Positions 9,559 to 19,851 of a stretch of 64,000 nt of DNA are shown here, piece after piece. This stretch comes from a virus. The notes below the pieces were generated by a model, which was not told the origin of the DNA, made no database searches, and saw only the letters and a program-made list of their open reading frames with translations. Both the position numbers and the translations under genes were made by a program. Location: positions 1 through 64,000 of IMG/VR virus record IMGVR_UViG_3300036770_004568; one strand, given 5' to 3'. The number at the start of each line of letters is the position of its first letter. The first letter of the stretch is position 1.

Positions 9559-9825
9559 ATGTTCTCAGGATATTCCAGTCCATTCTCACGCCCCCTATTC
9601 TCTAGCTCCCCGTTCCAGCGGCCTCCAGTCGCCTATGTCAGTCCGCCAACGAACCAACACCAGGGCTACGTGAGCGCACCGACCAACCAGAGTCGTGGTT
9701 ACATCAGTGCTCCTGTGAACCAGCAACACGGCAGCATTGGCGGTCTCTCACGGTTCTCAGAGAAGCTCAACAACCGTGGTGAAAGCAAGCTAGCTGGTAA
9801 ATACATGAGCCGGTGGAAGCGATAA
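9559..9825 (+). CDS. low-complexity protein with three YxSxPxNQ repeats
   Basis: YVSPPTNQ / YVSAPTNQ / YISAPVNQ; TAGAAT 23 nt upstream. Confidence 0.6.
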   Translation: MFSGYSSPFSRPLFSSSPFQRPPVAYVSPPTNQHQGYVSAPTNQSRGYISAPVNQQHGSIGGLSRFSEKLNNRGESKLAGKYMSRWKR

Positions 9826-9828
9826 GTC

Positions 9829-10545
9829 ATGGCTGATCCATCACTATTTGAGCAATTCATGCAAAGCAGGACGATGAAAACTCCTGCTTTTGTTTTTGAT
9901 CGCAATCAAGGTTTTGTTCCAAGCGGCGACAGTCAGCGTGTTGTTCAAGAACTCAATCGACAATCCGGTAAGTCTTACAATCTGAAGCCTGCAAACTCTG
10001 TCATGGCTGTTGATGGCAGACCACTGTGGGGAACTGGTGGTGGAGTTGTGTTCAATACCAATCCATTAGAGCGGAGTACGGGTTACGTTGATCCATTGTT
10101 TGGTACAGCTCATACTGTTGCTCACGAAGGAGCCCATGCTGTGTTTCCTTCTGCTTCAAAGGTTCAAGAGATCAACGCCTTTGATTCCGGACTTAAATCA
10201 TCGTGGATCAATCCATCAGATGTTCCTCGTGATACTGGACAGCGACTTCGATATGTTCACGAGACTTACGGCAAGCCTGCATTAACAGAAGAGTCACATG
10301 CTCAGGGTGTAGCTTCTGCTCTCTTGAATAAACTCCAGATTCCAGAGGAGTCATCAATCTCAGACTTCAAGCATCCTCACGACTATCCGCTCCAAACCAG
10401 CTTTAGAGGTAGAGATCTTTACGATCAAAACTCAATCGGCCCATACTCTCCCAATGAAGTCAAGGAATACCAGACCATTCATAAAGGCGTTCCTGACTTT
10501 GTAAATCGAATCTACAACCAGGGATACAACCTTATTGAGCAGTAG
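9829..10545 (+). CDS. putative zinc metallopeptidase-like protein
   Basis: AHEGAH (HExxH) plus downstream EESHA acidic ligand. Confidence 0.6.
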   Translation: MADPSLFEQFMQSRTMKTPAFVFDRNQGFVPSGDSQRVVQELNRQSGKSYNLKPANSVMAVDGRPLWGTGGGVVFNTNPLERSTGYVDPLFGTAHTVAHEGAHAVFPSASKVQEINAFDSGLKSSWINPSDVPRDTGQRLRYVHETYGKPALTEESHAQGVASALLNKLQIPEESSISDFKHPHDYPLQTSFRGRDLYDQNSIGPYSPNEVKEYQTIHKGVPDFVNRIYNQGYNLIEQ

Positions 10546-10580
10546 CCAATTGCTAGACTGATTGCAGCCTTGTAGCACAT

Positions 10581-11183
10581 ATGCCCAAGCTAAAGACTGT
10601 CCAGTGTCTTGATATCCCCGAACCAGAGAATCAATCCACATCACCACTCAATACATTTCTCACTCGATATCCGACCCGTTTTGATGCGGATCACAACGGA
10701 TATGTCTTTGCCTATAAGCCCAAAGGGTGGCCTGAATTACTACAACCCCAATACCGTCATGCACCCGCCCATATCCTCGCTCAACAGGGCTACTGGTCGC
10801 GCATGCACGTCTCAACCCTCCAAGCCCTGACCTACGACCATCCCGATTGGCGCAAGCGACTGCACTTCACCCACTGGAAACCCCTCAGCCAAGACCATGA
10901 CGGCTATGTATTCCCTATCGAGGACCTGCACCCCCCGGTCCCAAAGGGCTTGGAGTGGGATACGGTCGACTGGTCTGGAGTGCGGGAGGTGGTGGAGCAG
11001 GCACGCACGTTGATCGAGCAGCAGTTCCGCGCTGATCGCCAAGCCATACAGGACGTGCATGAACAGCTCAAGGTGCTGCTAGAGCCGGATGACACGTTCT
11101 ATCTGCACCAGTGGCTGTACTTCTGCCGACGCGTCAAGCAACATGACCTGGCTGAGCATTTTTTTGCTGATCCACTGGATTAA
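10581..11183 (+). CDS. hypothetical protein
   Basis: 200-aa ORF; TAGACT 21 nt upstream. Confidence 0.7.
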   Translation: MPKLKTVQCLDIPEPENQSTSPLNTFLTRYPTRFDADHNGYVFAYKPKGWPELLQPQYRHAPAHILAQQGYWSRMHVSTLQALTYDHPDWRKRLHFTHWKPLSQDHDGYVFPIEDLHPPVPKGLEWDTVDWSGVREVVEQARTLIEQQFRADRQAIQDVHEQLKVLLEPDDTFYLHQWLYFCRRVKQHDLAEHFFADPLD

Positions 11184-11368
11184 GCCGTCTGCAGTCTGGC
11201 GTAACGCTTGAGGTCCCGCTCCACATTGCGCATGGCCCTGTAATCACTGGCACTCTTAGCACAGGTGAAGACTTGGCCGGAGGTGGGGTGTTGGAAGACC
11301 AGATGCTTCTTCTGTCTGACCAGCTCGTAGCCGTAGCTTTTGACCAGCTTGACGATCTCTTTCTGCAT
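11180..11368 (-). CDS. HicA-like toxin/RNase
   Basis: 62 aa with pattern LxxxGYxxxRQxxH-xxFxHP typical of the HicA dsRBD fold. Confidence 0.7.
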   Translation of the reverse strand: MQKEIVKLVKSYGYELVRQKKHLVFQHPTSGQVFTCAKSASDYRAMRNVERDLKRYARLQTA

Positions 11369-11463
11369 GGCGGTATGGGTTGCAATATGTCCCCTTAAAA
11401 CGGAGAAGGACTCAAGCTAAGGCCTGAGTCCCTCAATCCTAGTAGTGAATAGCGACTAACGCG

Positions 11464-11958
11464 TCACTTTGCTGGTGCGGTTTCCTCTTCCTCCCAGGCT
11501 TCCTCGGTGGTGTCCTCAGACTCCCCGCTCCAGCTGGCTTGGGTATCTGCTTCGTCCTGGGCTTCGGCATCGGTCAGGATGTCGTTCTCAGGGTCGCCGT
11601 TCTCAAAGTCAGCATCCTGCATGGGCACCAGGCGAATGGCCTTCTTGCCCAGCTTGATTTCAAACTCATCACCGGGGTTCAGACCGAGCATCGCTGTGTA
11701 GGCTTTGCCGACCAGCAGATTGCCGTTGAACTGGACGCGGGTGATGTAGGAAAGGCTGCGGCCAGGGCGAGAACCCTTGCTACCACCGCCCAGATTCAGG
11801 CCTTTGGCTTCCAGCAGAGCCTCGTAGAACGCCGTGAAGTTGAGGCGATCCGAGCCATCTGCCTTGGTGGAGACATAACCGCACTCGCGGACGAGGTCGG
11901 ACTTGGAGACATCACCAAGCTCTTTGACCTTAGCAAGCAGTTCAGAACCAGTAAGCAC
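11464..11958 (-). CDS. cyanobacterial AbrB-like (cAbrB) transcriptional regulator with acidic tail
   Basis: MLTGSELLAKVKEL...CGYV...LNFTAFYEALLEAKG...GRSLSY...VQFNGNLLVGKAYT..LGL.PGDEFEIKLG. Confidence 0.9.
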   Translation of the reverse strand: MLTGSELLAKVKELGDVSKSDLVRECGYVSTKADGSDRLNFTAFYEALLEAKGLNLGGGSKGSRPGRSLSYITRVQFNGNLLVGKAYTAMLGLNPGDEFEIKLGKKAIRLVPMQDADFENGDPENDILTDAEAQDEADTQASWSGESEDTTEEAWEEEETAPAK

Positions 11959-12225
11959 GATTGGTGTGTGCGTTGAACAGACTCAATGTAGCACTGAACC
12001 TCGTGGTGTGGCACTCGTGTTATGCCTATACTGATCAATTTACGTTTATCCCAAAGGGCCGGGCAATAAGCCACGCTTATCTCTCACTTGTTTATATCAA
12101 GAATATGTAATGTGTCCAGGTACAATAACTCACATCTGACATCTCTACTGACTGTCAATACAGTCTAGTAGGCAATAAGTCAGGTCGATATTGTCAATAC
12201 TTTGGGTTGAGAAAGCAAGAACTGC

Positions 12226-12645
12226 ATGAGTTCTGTTGTCTTAACACCAGTTGCACACAAAACTTGCCGAACTTGTCATCAGAACTTACCAGTAGAGTCT
12301 TTCTTCCGTCGCTCCAGTGGTTCTGAGGTCCGTAGAAATCACTGCAAAAGCTGTGAGCAAGTCAAATACAGGGAAAATTGGCTGCTCAGGGCCTATGGAG
12401 TGTCCATAGACGATTACAAAACCATGTACGAGAGACAAAAAGGCACTTGTGCGATCTGCAAACAGGAGGGAACGGGCAAATGGAAGGACCTGTGCGTTGA
12501 TCACTGTCATCAGACAGGCCAGGTGAGGCAACTCTTATGCAACAGATGCAATCTGATCCTTGGTCAAGTGGGAGATAACGTCCATTTGCTCTCCAACCTG
12601 GTCCAATACCTCTCTCACCACCAAAAATTGAGCCTAAATACCTAA
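12226..12645 (+). CDS. free-standing homing endonuclease, Endonuclease VII family
   Basis: N-terminal CxxC..CxxC; CAIC...VDHCH.TG.VR.LLCxxCN Endo VII catalytic motif; adjacent to psbA. Confidence 0.85.
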   Translation: MSSVVLTPVAHKTCRTCHQNLPVESFFRRSSGSEVRRNHCKSCEQVKYRENWLLRAYGVSIDDYKTMYERQKGTCAICKQEGTGKWKDLCVDHCHQTGQVRQLLCNRCNLILGQVGDNVHLLSNLVQYLSHHQKLSLNT

Positions 12646-12706
12646 AGTTATGTGTTGGAAGCTTAACATTACTTAACTAGAATGGTAGTGTCCATTACGG
12701 AATGCC

Positions 12707-14000
<1,294 letters not shown>

Positions 14001-14142
14001 GCTAGAATAGGGAAGTCAACACCCCCTAAGCCTCTCTCTAACCATCTTGTGCATGTGCCCAAAATGGTCTTGATGAAGCTCAAACCTGGGGGTCACTACT
14101 CCAGCACTGCAGACGTGTAGTGCTAAACTTAAAAACGATAGA

Positions 14143-14187
14143 GCCTCGGCCTCTGACTGCAGTCCTGCGGATCACGCCGGGGCCTTT
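14143..14187. terminator. GC-rich stem-loop between convergent genes (probable terminator)
   Basis: GCCTCGGC...GCCGGGGC followed by a short T-run. Confidence 0.45.
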
Positions 14188-14418
14188 CTATCGGTAGCCC
14201 TCAATCCACTCCAGCATGGCTGCATCAATTCGGGCATCGAGAGCATCAATGGAGTTGCTCAGCTCGTAGAACAAGTTGGTGCTCTCAATGCAGTCTTGTT
14301 CCAGTCGGACAATGTCTTGGGTGATGCCGTCTTGCTTGTCCTTGATTTCAACAAGCATCGCTTCAATGCGCTCTAGACGTTCACCCAATCCTTTGCCGTA
14401 GAGAAGTCGCTTCAGCAT
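14188..14418 (-). CDS. coiled-coil hypothetical protein
   Basis: 76-aa ORF with heptad pattern. Confidence 0.7.
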   Translation of the reverse strand: MLKRLLYGKGLGERLERIEAMLVEIKDKQDGITQDIVRLEQDCIESTNLFYELSNSIDALDARIDAAMLEWIEGYR

Positions 14419-14419
14419 C

Positions 14420-15106
14420 TCAACGTCTCCACGGTTGTTGACGACTCACGGCAGCCACATTGCCAAACGCCGGAATACCACGATCACTCCATCCAGCTTG
14501 CATAGGATTCTGGATGCGCGGCACGGCAATGGGTCCGAAGTTGCCTGCAGAATCCACCGGAATATTGACCTTGACACCTGGATCCCGGCGGATGGGCCTC
14601 TCCAGGGCTTCTGGTAGTCCCACTTGCAGCGGCATCGGTGCTCGTGCAGCACCCAAGCCTTGGATCGGTCTGACACCATCCATGGGGCCTCGATTCATCC
14701 CAGGTGTGGCACCAACACCACCCATGTAGTACGGGCCAGGGGCTGCATCACTGCCCATCACTGGACGGATGCTGGTCGGCCAGGGTCCATAGGGTCTGGG
14801 GGCTACCGCACTGGTGTCCAGTTCTGCCAGCTCCGGTGCTTCCAGACCACTGCCATCACTGGAGGGGGCAGCGTTCAAGCCCCGCATGGGCTGGGGGCTA
14901 GGAGATGCATTGAGTCCATCGAGATTGGCATTGACCGAGGGGAAACTTGGTTGACCAGGGTAGGAATCAGGACCAACGGCATAGGATTGATCCTGGAGCT
15001 GATAGCTAGGAGATTGGGGTGCAGCTGGTCCCCGTTCCACAGGGGCTTGTGGGCTAGGGGGTGCACTAATGCCACCAATATTTCCAATGGGTTCGAGATA
15101 ACTCAT
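14420..15106 (-). CDS. Pro/Gly-rich low-complexity protein
   Basis: ORF 14420..15115; ATG 15106 lies 22 nt from a minus-strand TAGACT. Confidence 0.65.
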   Translation of the reverse strand: MSYLEPIGNIGGISAPPSPQAPVERGPAAPQSPSYQLQDQSYAVGPDSYPGQPSFPSVNANLDGLNASPSPQPMRGLNAAPSSDGSGLEAPELAELDTSAVAPRPYGPWPTSIRPVMGSDAAPGPYYMGGVGATPGMNRGPMDGVRPIQGLGAARAPMPLQVGLPEALERPIRRDPGVKVNIPVDSAGNFGPIAVPRIQNPMQAGWSDRGIPAFGNVAAVSRQQPWRR

Positions 15107-15139
15107 GCGCCACATAATGTTTATTCCCAGTCTATCAAA

Positions 15140-15307
15140 CTACATTTTGTTCAAGCACTGGTCATACGCTCTGTATTTCTTACCTCGATACACCAGCCAG
15201 CGCGTGGCATCGCAGTGCAGGCGATTCCACCACGTCACAAAATCTTCCTTCTGTTTCTCGGTATCGTAGGACACTCCACGATACTTCGCCTCACTCACAT
15301 GGTTCAT
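15140..15307 (-). CDS. small protein with two YRG motifs (DUF4278-like; 55 aa, not in ORF track)
   Basis: Hand-translated MNHVSEAKYRGVSYD...WLVYRGKKYRAY...; TAGAAT upstream. Confidence 0.65.
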   Translation of the reverse strand: MNHVSEAKYRGVSYDTEKQKEDFVTWWNRLHCDATRWLVYRGKKYRAYDQCLNKM

Positions 15308-15329
15308 CCATCAGAGCTTCTTTATTCTA

Positions 15330-15485
15330 CTACTGAACGCTCATGACGAGTTGATAGTTCAACCAGATGGCATAAGACAATCCACCAATGACCAGGCCTC
15401 CGATCAGTCCTGAGACAATCGCCACGGTAAATTCATGGTTCCTGATTTTTTCGTCAATCAGGTGTTCAATTTCATCGCGTTTCAT
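15330..15485 (-). CDS. small membrane protein (51 aa, not in ORF track)
   Basis: MKRDEIEHLIDEKIRNHEFTVAIVSGLIGGLVIGGLSYAIWL...; ATGA-coupled to upstream gene. Confidence 0.65.
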   Translation of the reverse strand: MKRDEIEHLIDEKIRNHEFTVAIVSGLIGGLVIGGLSYAIWLNYQLVMSVQ

Positions 15486-16375
15486 GCGGACACGGCTCCG
15501 AACTTGATGTAGTTGTCGATTTCTTGTTGCAGTTCATCCATCATCGCTTGAACCTCGGTGTCCTCACTGACCTCGGTATTGGACTGCACAAGCTTCTCAG
15601 CTTTAAGGATGCACATGTACTGCACACTGAACCACCGTTCAATCTTACAGAGCAGATCAAACAGGGTCAGGATGCTGGTTTCTGCATACTCTCGGCTGAG
15701 ATCAGGAATGACATGGTTGTCCTTGTAGACCTTGAGCTTATTGGGATCTTTCAGCACCAGGCCGTAGCGAGCCATCACTTTGGTGTTGACTTCATCCACA
15801 ATCCGATCAATCAACTCCTCGTTCCACAGCTCAGCAATGTCAGCTGGTAGTAGGTCCATGCCGTCGCTGTCGTACAGGCTGACGGTCATGGGGAACTGGC
15901 GAATGTCGAGATCACTCCACTCCCTAAACGCCTCAATGGCGAGCTTGTAGGTCTCAGCTGTCACACAGCGATCAGGACTGTAGGTGATATCCCCATTGTC
16001 AACCTTGAGTTCCACGTACTGTGGATCATCAGGAAGAAGCATGTGCTCTTTTACCATCTGAAGCAATGGATCTTCAGCCTCGGTCTGATATGAATCCTGA
16101 TCAGACTGTGAGGTTGATAGGTATTCGCATACCTCGTCATACTTGGATCCTCCTGTGGAGTGTCCTTTGATCAGGCTCAGGAGCTTGGCTGATTCCCGTG
16201 CAGGCTTGCTGAAGTACTCATCCAGTTCACTGACGCATTGCACGAGCAGCTTGTGGATGTCTTCTGCGCTGAAGCCCTGGTCAGAGATCAATGTTGTGAG
16301 GGCATCATCAATCTGCTGTTTGGCTTTGTCAATGAAGTAGTGATCTAGCTCTTCTTTGGTTTCCAGGTACGGCAT
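15482..16375 (-). CDS. hypothetical acidic protein
   Basis: 297-aa ORF. Confidence 0.75.
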   Translation of the reverse strand: MPYLETKEELDHYFIDKAKQQIDDALTTLISDQGFSAEDIHKLLVQCVSELDEYFSKPARESAKLLSLIKGHSTGGSKYDEVCEYLSTSQSDQDSYQTEAEDPLLQMVKEHMLLPDDPQYVELKVDNGDITYSPDRCVTAETYKLAIEAFREWSDLDIRQFPMTVSLYDSDGMDLLPADIAELWNEELIDRIVDEVNTKVMARYGLVLKDPNKLKVYKDNHVIPDLSREYAETSILTLFDLLCKIERWFSVQYMCILKAEKLVQSNTEVSEDTEVQAMMDELQQEIDNYIKFGAVSA

Positions 16376-16402
16376 GGCGGTTGGCGCAATGGGATACGGA
16401 GA

Positions 16403-16750
16403 TCAATCTTCGATCAGATCAAAGTCCGCGACGGACTCCAGCAGCTGGCGGCATTGGGTCAGACGATCCGCGTCAATGGCCCATCCGCACACATCTTCAG
16501 GCTTGTTGTCGCCTTCTTCAATGAGCACATTCACCATGTAGTCATGGAAGAATTCCAGGCGTGCCACAAGAAGCAGAGCAATGTGTTGGTCTTCTTCGGC
16601 ACCCGTTTCCAGCTCATCAATGAGTGCTATCACCTTCTTGACATTCTTGCTCATCTCCTTGTCCAACTTGCTCTGGTTTTTCTGCATCGCCAGCAGTTCA
16701 CCAGGGGTATTGGGGATGTGAGACTCCTTAAAACGCTCTTCGTTGGACAT
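16403..16750 (-). CDS. hypothetical protein
   Basis: 115-aa ORF; minus-strand TAGACT 23 nt upstream. Confidence 0.75.
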   Translation of the reverse strand: MSNEERFKESHIPNTPGELLAMQKNQSKLDKEMSKNVKKVIALIDELETGAEEDQHIALLLVARLEFFHDYMVNVLIEEGDNKPEDVCGWAIDADRLTQCRQLLESVADFDLIED

Positions 16751-16820
16751 CAGGACATCGAATTGTTGATTCCAGTCTACCTACTGTTGCTATGCTGCGT
16801 TCGTTCGATCAAACCTACCA

Positions 16821-17054
16821 ATGACTCCTTCCGAGTCTCGTGTCAAGGAACGCCCCGTTATGGCGTCTTATACCATCAAGTTCGAGCTTGATGTTGACGT
16901 CCGTCTTGACACCACTAAAGGACGCTCCATTACAGCCGTTGGTGAAGACATTGCAGACTTCCTCATGGACAACGATGAGTTCTGGGACGCTTTTCCCTCG
17001 GTCCAGGGAATGTCCATCGTTCACAAAGAAGATCGCCTGAACGCAAACCAATGA
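16821..17054 (+). CDS. hypothetical protein
   Basis: Short ORF ATGA-coupled to the next gene; start could be 16860. Confidence 0.6.
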   Translation: MTPSESRVKERPVMASYTIKFELDVDVRLDTTKGRSITAVGEDIADFLMDNDEFWDAFPSVQGMSIVHKEDRLNANQ

Positions 17055-17446
17055 AGAAATCTACTGTTTTCATCTCGATTGGTGCTGTTGCTGTCCTTGC
17101 TTTCATCCTCTGGGGACTTCCGCAACTGGGTGTCTACAACCGCACCTTGGCTGGTCGTGCTGCCCTGATGGAAGCCGAGAGTACCCGTCAAGTGCGTGTC
17201 TTGGAAGCCAAGGCCAAGCAAGAAGCGGCTGAACTCGAAGCTCGTGCTGAGATCACTAAAGCACAAGGTAGTGCCAAGGCTATTGCTGCACTGAAGTCCG
17301 AACTTGGTAGCAGTGACGCATACTTGCGCTGGCTGTATATCATTGGGCTTCAAGAGCAAAACGGACAGGGTGAAAAGACTGTTGTGTACATTCCCACTGA
17401 TGGTCTTGTTCCCCTTCCCATTTCTGAAGCTACTCGCGCTAAATAG
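17051..17446 (+). CDS. membrane protein with band-7/SPFH-like coiled coil
   Basis: N-terminal TM, EA-rich coil (AEITKAQGSAKA), YLRWLYI, VVYIPT tail. Confidence 0.7.
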   Translation: MKKSTVFISIGAVAVLAFILWGLPQLGVYNRTLAGRAALMEAESTRQVRVLEAKAKQEAAELEARAEITKAQGSAKAIAALKSELGSSDAYLRWLYIIGLQEQNGQGEKTVVYIPTDGLVPLPISEATRAK

Positions 17447-17458
17447 CTAGCGTTGGGG

Positions 17459-18817
17459 TCAGTGCCCGATGGTGCTCTGGCCCCGATCTCCATGCCTTAC
17501 ATAGATGTGCTGGTGATAGCAGCTCATCATCGGGTTCAGTGGATTCCTTAGCATGTAGGCCATGGACTTGCCTTGCATGAAGGATCGACTGTTCGCCACC
17601 ATCAACAGATCAAGAGGCATGTTCATGTGCTCAATGATCTGCAGCAACTTGTAGAGACCGCGCCTGGTCACCAAGTAGCCATCGGTGCCGCACGTGCCTT
17701 CTTGGATCTCACCCATGTGATTGTGCACAGCCCTGTCGTTGAGGAACAGGATGTCCGCATCCACAGGCACTCCTAAGCAATCTAGATCTTTGCAGAGAAT
17801 GGCGTCATCTTCAAAGATCAACACACCTTCATTACGGCTGTACCACGCCAACTGCCAAATCGTCTTATGGCTGGTGGCTACTCCCACTTCCCCACCTGTG
17901 AGCGGTTCAAACCAATCGATACGACGTCCGCGATGCACCACCCAACTGGGAAACGTATCTGCTGTCCATGAACGACCATCAATGGCTGAGAACCACTCGA
18001 ACTCCAGACCGTGTTTTTGAGCTGAGGTTTGGAACTGTTCTTTGCGCCATTGGGATGACGGCTGATCCAGACTAATGCAGTAAGCTTCTAGGTCGTCGCA
18101 GAGGGGATAGAGCTCTGGAACCTTGCTATAGGCTGCTCGATAGGCCTCATTGTAGTTATCACTGAAGTCCAGCTTGAAGTGATCAGCACTCACGGTGCAG
18201 CACTTGATCAAGATGGGATGATGCAGCACCCGTTGCCGACTTAGGGCTTCAGGAATCCAGTGTTCAACAAAGGCCTGCTCTGATGCATAGGGGTAGTGAT
18301 CAAGCAGGTTCTTAATGATTCCATAGATCTGGAGATCCACAATGGGGGCGAGCAATGGGAGGTATGGTGCATAGGTGTAAATGCATGCCCGCTCTTCCCT
18401 GTGGTATTCGGGATAGGAGTCATAGCGAAAGATCAGTGGTTTGAGTCCACGGGTCTCATTGAGTGCTGGATGACAGTAGCTCCACTGGTTATCAACTGCA
18501 TTGGTAAAAGCGTCATTGAGATCGGAGACATAGCCACTGACACCTGGCATCCAAAATGACAGACGTGATTGCCCTGGATCTACCTCCACTGTGTTCATCA
18601 AGCTATGCAGGCGTTCCAGGTTTGTGGCGCCTTGGACGAGGCAGGTCTCGGTAATGGGGATCCGTGCATTGGTGTAGAGGTTAACCATGCCCCGTTGATC
18701 GGTCTTGCTCATGGTCTCTGAGAAGACCAATACGACATTGAACCGTGGCTTGCAGTCACGATCCAGCCGCAACGGTTCATCCTCGGTGATAAACAGATAG
18801 AGGGTGTGCTCGTGCAT
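17459..18817 (-). CDS. glycosyltransferase family 25 domain protein
   Basis: C-terminal YCISL, FSAIDG, LTGGEVGVATSH, IFEDDA, GYLVTRRG, PLD motifs. Confidence 0.85.
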   Translation of the reverse strand: MHEHTLYLFITEDEPLRLDRDCKPRFNVVLVFSETMSKTDQRGMVNLYTNARIPITETCLVQGATNLERLHSLMNTVEVDPGQSRLSFWMPGVSGYVSDLNDAFTNAVDNQWSYCHPALNETRGLKPLIFRYDSYPEYHREERACIYTYAPYLPLLAPIVDLQIYGIIKNLLDHYPYASEQAFVEHWIPEALSRQRVLHHPILIKCCTVSADHFKLDFSDNYNEAYRAAYSKVPELYPLCDDLEAYCISLDQPSSQWRKEQFQTSAQKHGLEFEWFSAIDGRSWTADTFPSWVVHRGRRIDWFEPLTGGEVGVATSHKTIWQLAWYSRNEGVLIFEDDAILCKDLDCLGVPVDADILFLNDRAVHNHMGEIQEGTCGTDGYLVTRRGLYKLLQIIEHMNMPLDLLMVANSRSFMQGKSMAYMLRNPLNPMMSCYHQHIYVRHGDRGQSTIGH

Positions 18818-19770
18818 TAGCTCAGATAGTCAATGAGGGTATGGACACCCGAGTAGAAGACTTGCTTCTGGCTGCGTAGGTGACTGCGCAAACTCAAGCC
18901 TTGATTGAGAACTTCAGAGGGGTTCCGAAACTGCCCGAGAATCATGAGTCTCAGCATCTCACTACAGATGTAGGGGTCTGCATCAATGTTTTGAACGTTG
19001 ATCAACCACTGGTGATGCAAGGGGAGATCCTTACGGCTCAGGGCTACATTGAGGTTAGAGACTATAAGTCCGCAGCCGAGCAATGACATCTCCCTGAGAT
19101 GACGATGCAGATGCGTGTGGCCTCCTAGATCCAAGTACACACTACTTTTGAGACCCAAATCAGAGATGGTGTTTCGGGGGAACTGACTGATGCCTAGGAA
19201 CCGCACATCAGGCAAGGCTGAGCGCAGGGCCACGATGTGTTTCTGTCCTCCTCGATCATTGAAGACGACTTGTTTGATTCGTTTTTCTTTCGCCAGTTCT
19301 TCTTCCGCAACAATGAACTCATCATGGATGTAGTCTGTGAGCCGAAAGATGGGTTGGCCCGCTCGCTCCTGCTGCAGTTGCTGTTCCCCGCAATGGGTCT
19401 GGGCAATGTATGTGCACTGATCAATCAGGGTTGAGCTTGGTTTCAGTGCCAGTCGGCTGATGCCGGGTGCATCAAGGAACCAGATCAAGCGCCGTGCCTT
19501 CTCCGGTGGCTGATAGAAGTTCAGGCAATGGTGATCACTGATAATCCACACGCACCAGGGGTGGTCAATGTCTTCGAGTCTGAACTTGGGTGTGGTGACA
19601 ACGTTGTAGAGATTGGTGTAGAGCGGAGGGTGTTCATGTTTGTTTTGACGACGGTCATCCGTATACCAGATATAGGAGCGCTCACCGCAATCCCTCAAGG
19701 CACCGCAGAGTTGATGCAAAGCCTCTGCGCGCCAGTCATGGAGATAAGAGCAGAAAACGTAGAACTCCAA
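18817..19770 (-). CDS. glycosyltransferase-like protein
   Basis: AEALHQL, VYLDLGGH...REMSLLGC resemble GT-B-like phage proteins; coupled to the GT25 gene. Confidence 0.55.
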   Translation of the reverse strand: MEFYVFCSYLHDWRAEALHQLCGALRDCGERSYIWYTDDRRQNKHEHPPLYTNLYNVVTTPKFRLEDIDHPWCVWIISDHHCLNFYQPPEKARRLIWFLDAPGISRLALKPSSTLIDQCTYIAQTHCGEQQLQQERAGQPIFRLTDYIHDEFIVAEEELAKEKRIKQVVFNDRGGQKHIVALRSALPDVRFLGISQFPRNTISDLGLKSSVYLDLGGHTHLHRHLREMSLLGCGLIVSNLNVALSRKDLPLHHQWLINVQNIDADPYICSEMLRLMILGQFRNPSEVLNQGLSLRSHLRSQKQVFYSGVHTLIDYLS

Positions 19771-19851
19771 CCACTACTGGCATGTGCAGCCAGTCTATCA
19801 GGTTTTGAAACTTGTGGATCTAGAATGAATGTTATGCTTTGATGTTCAATC

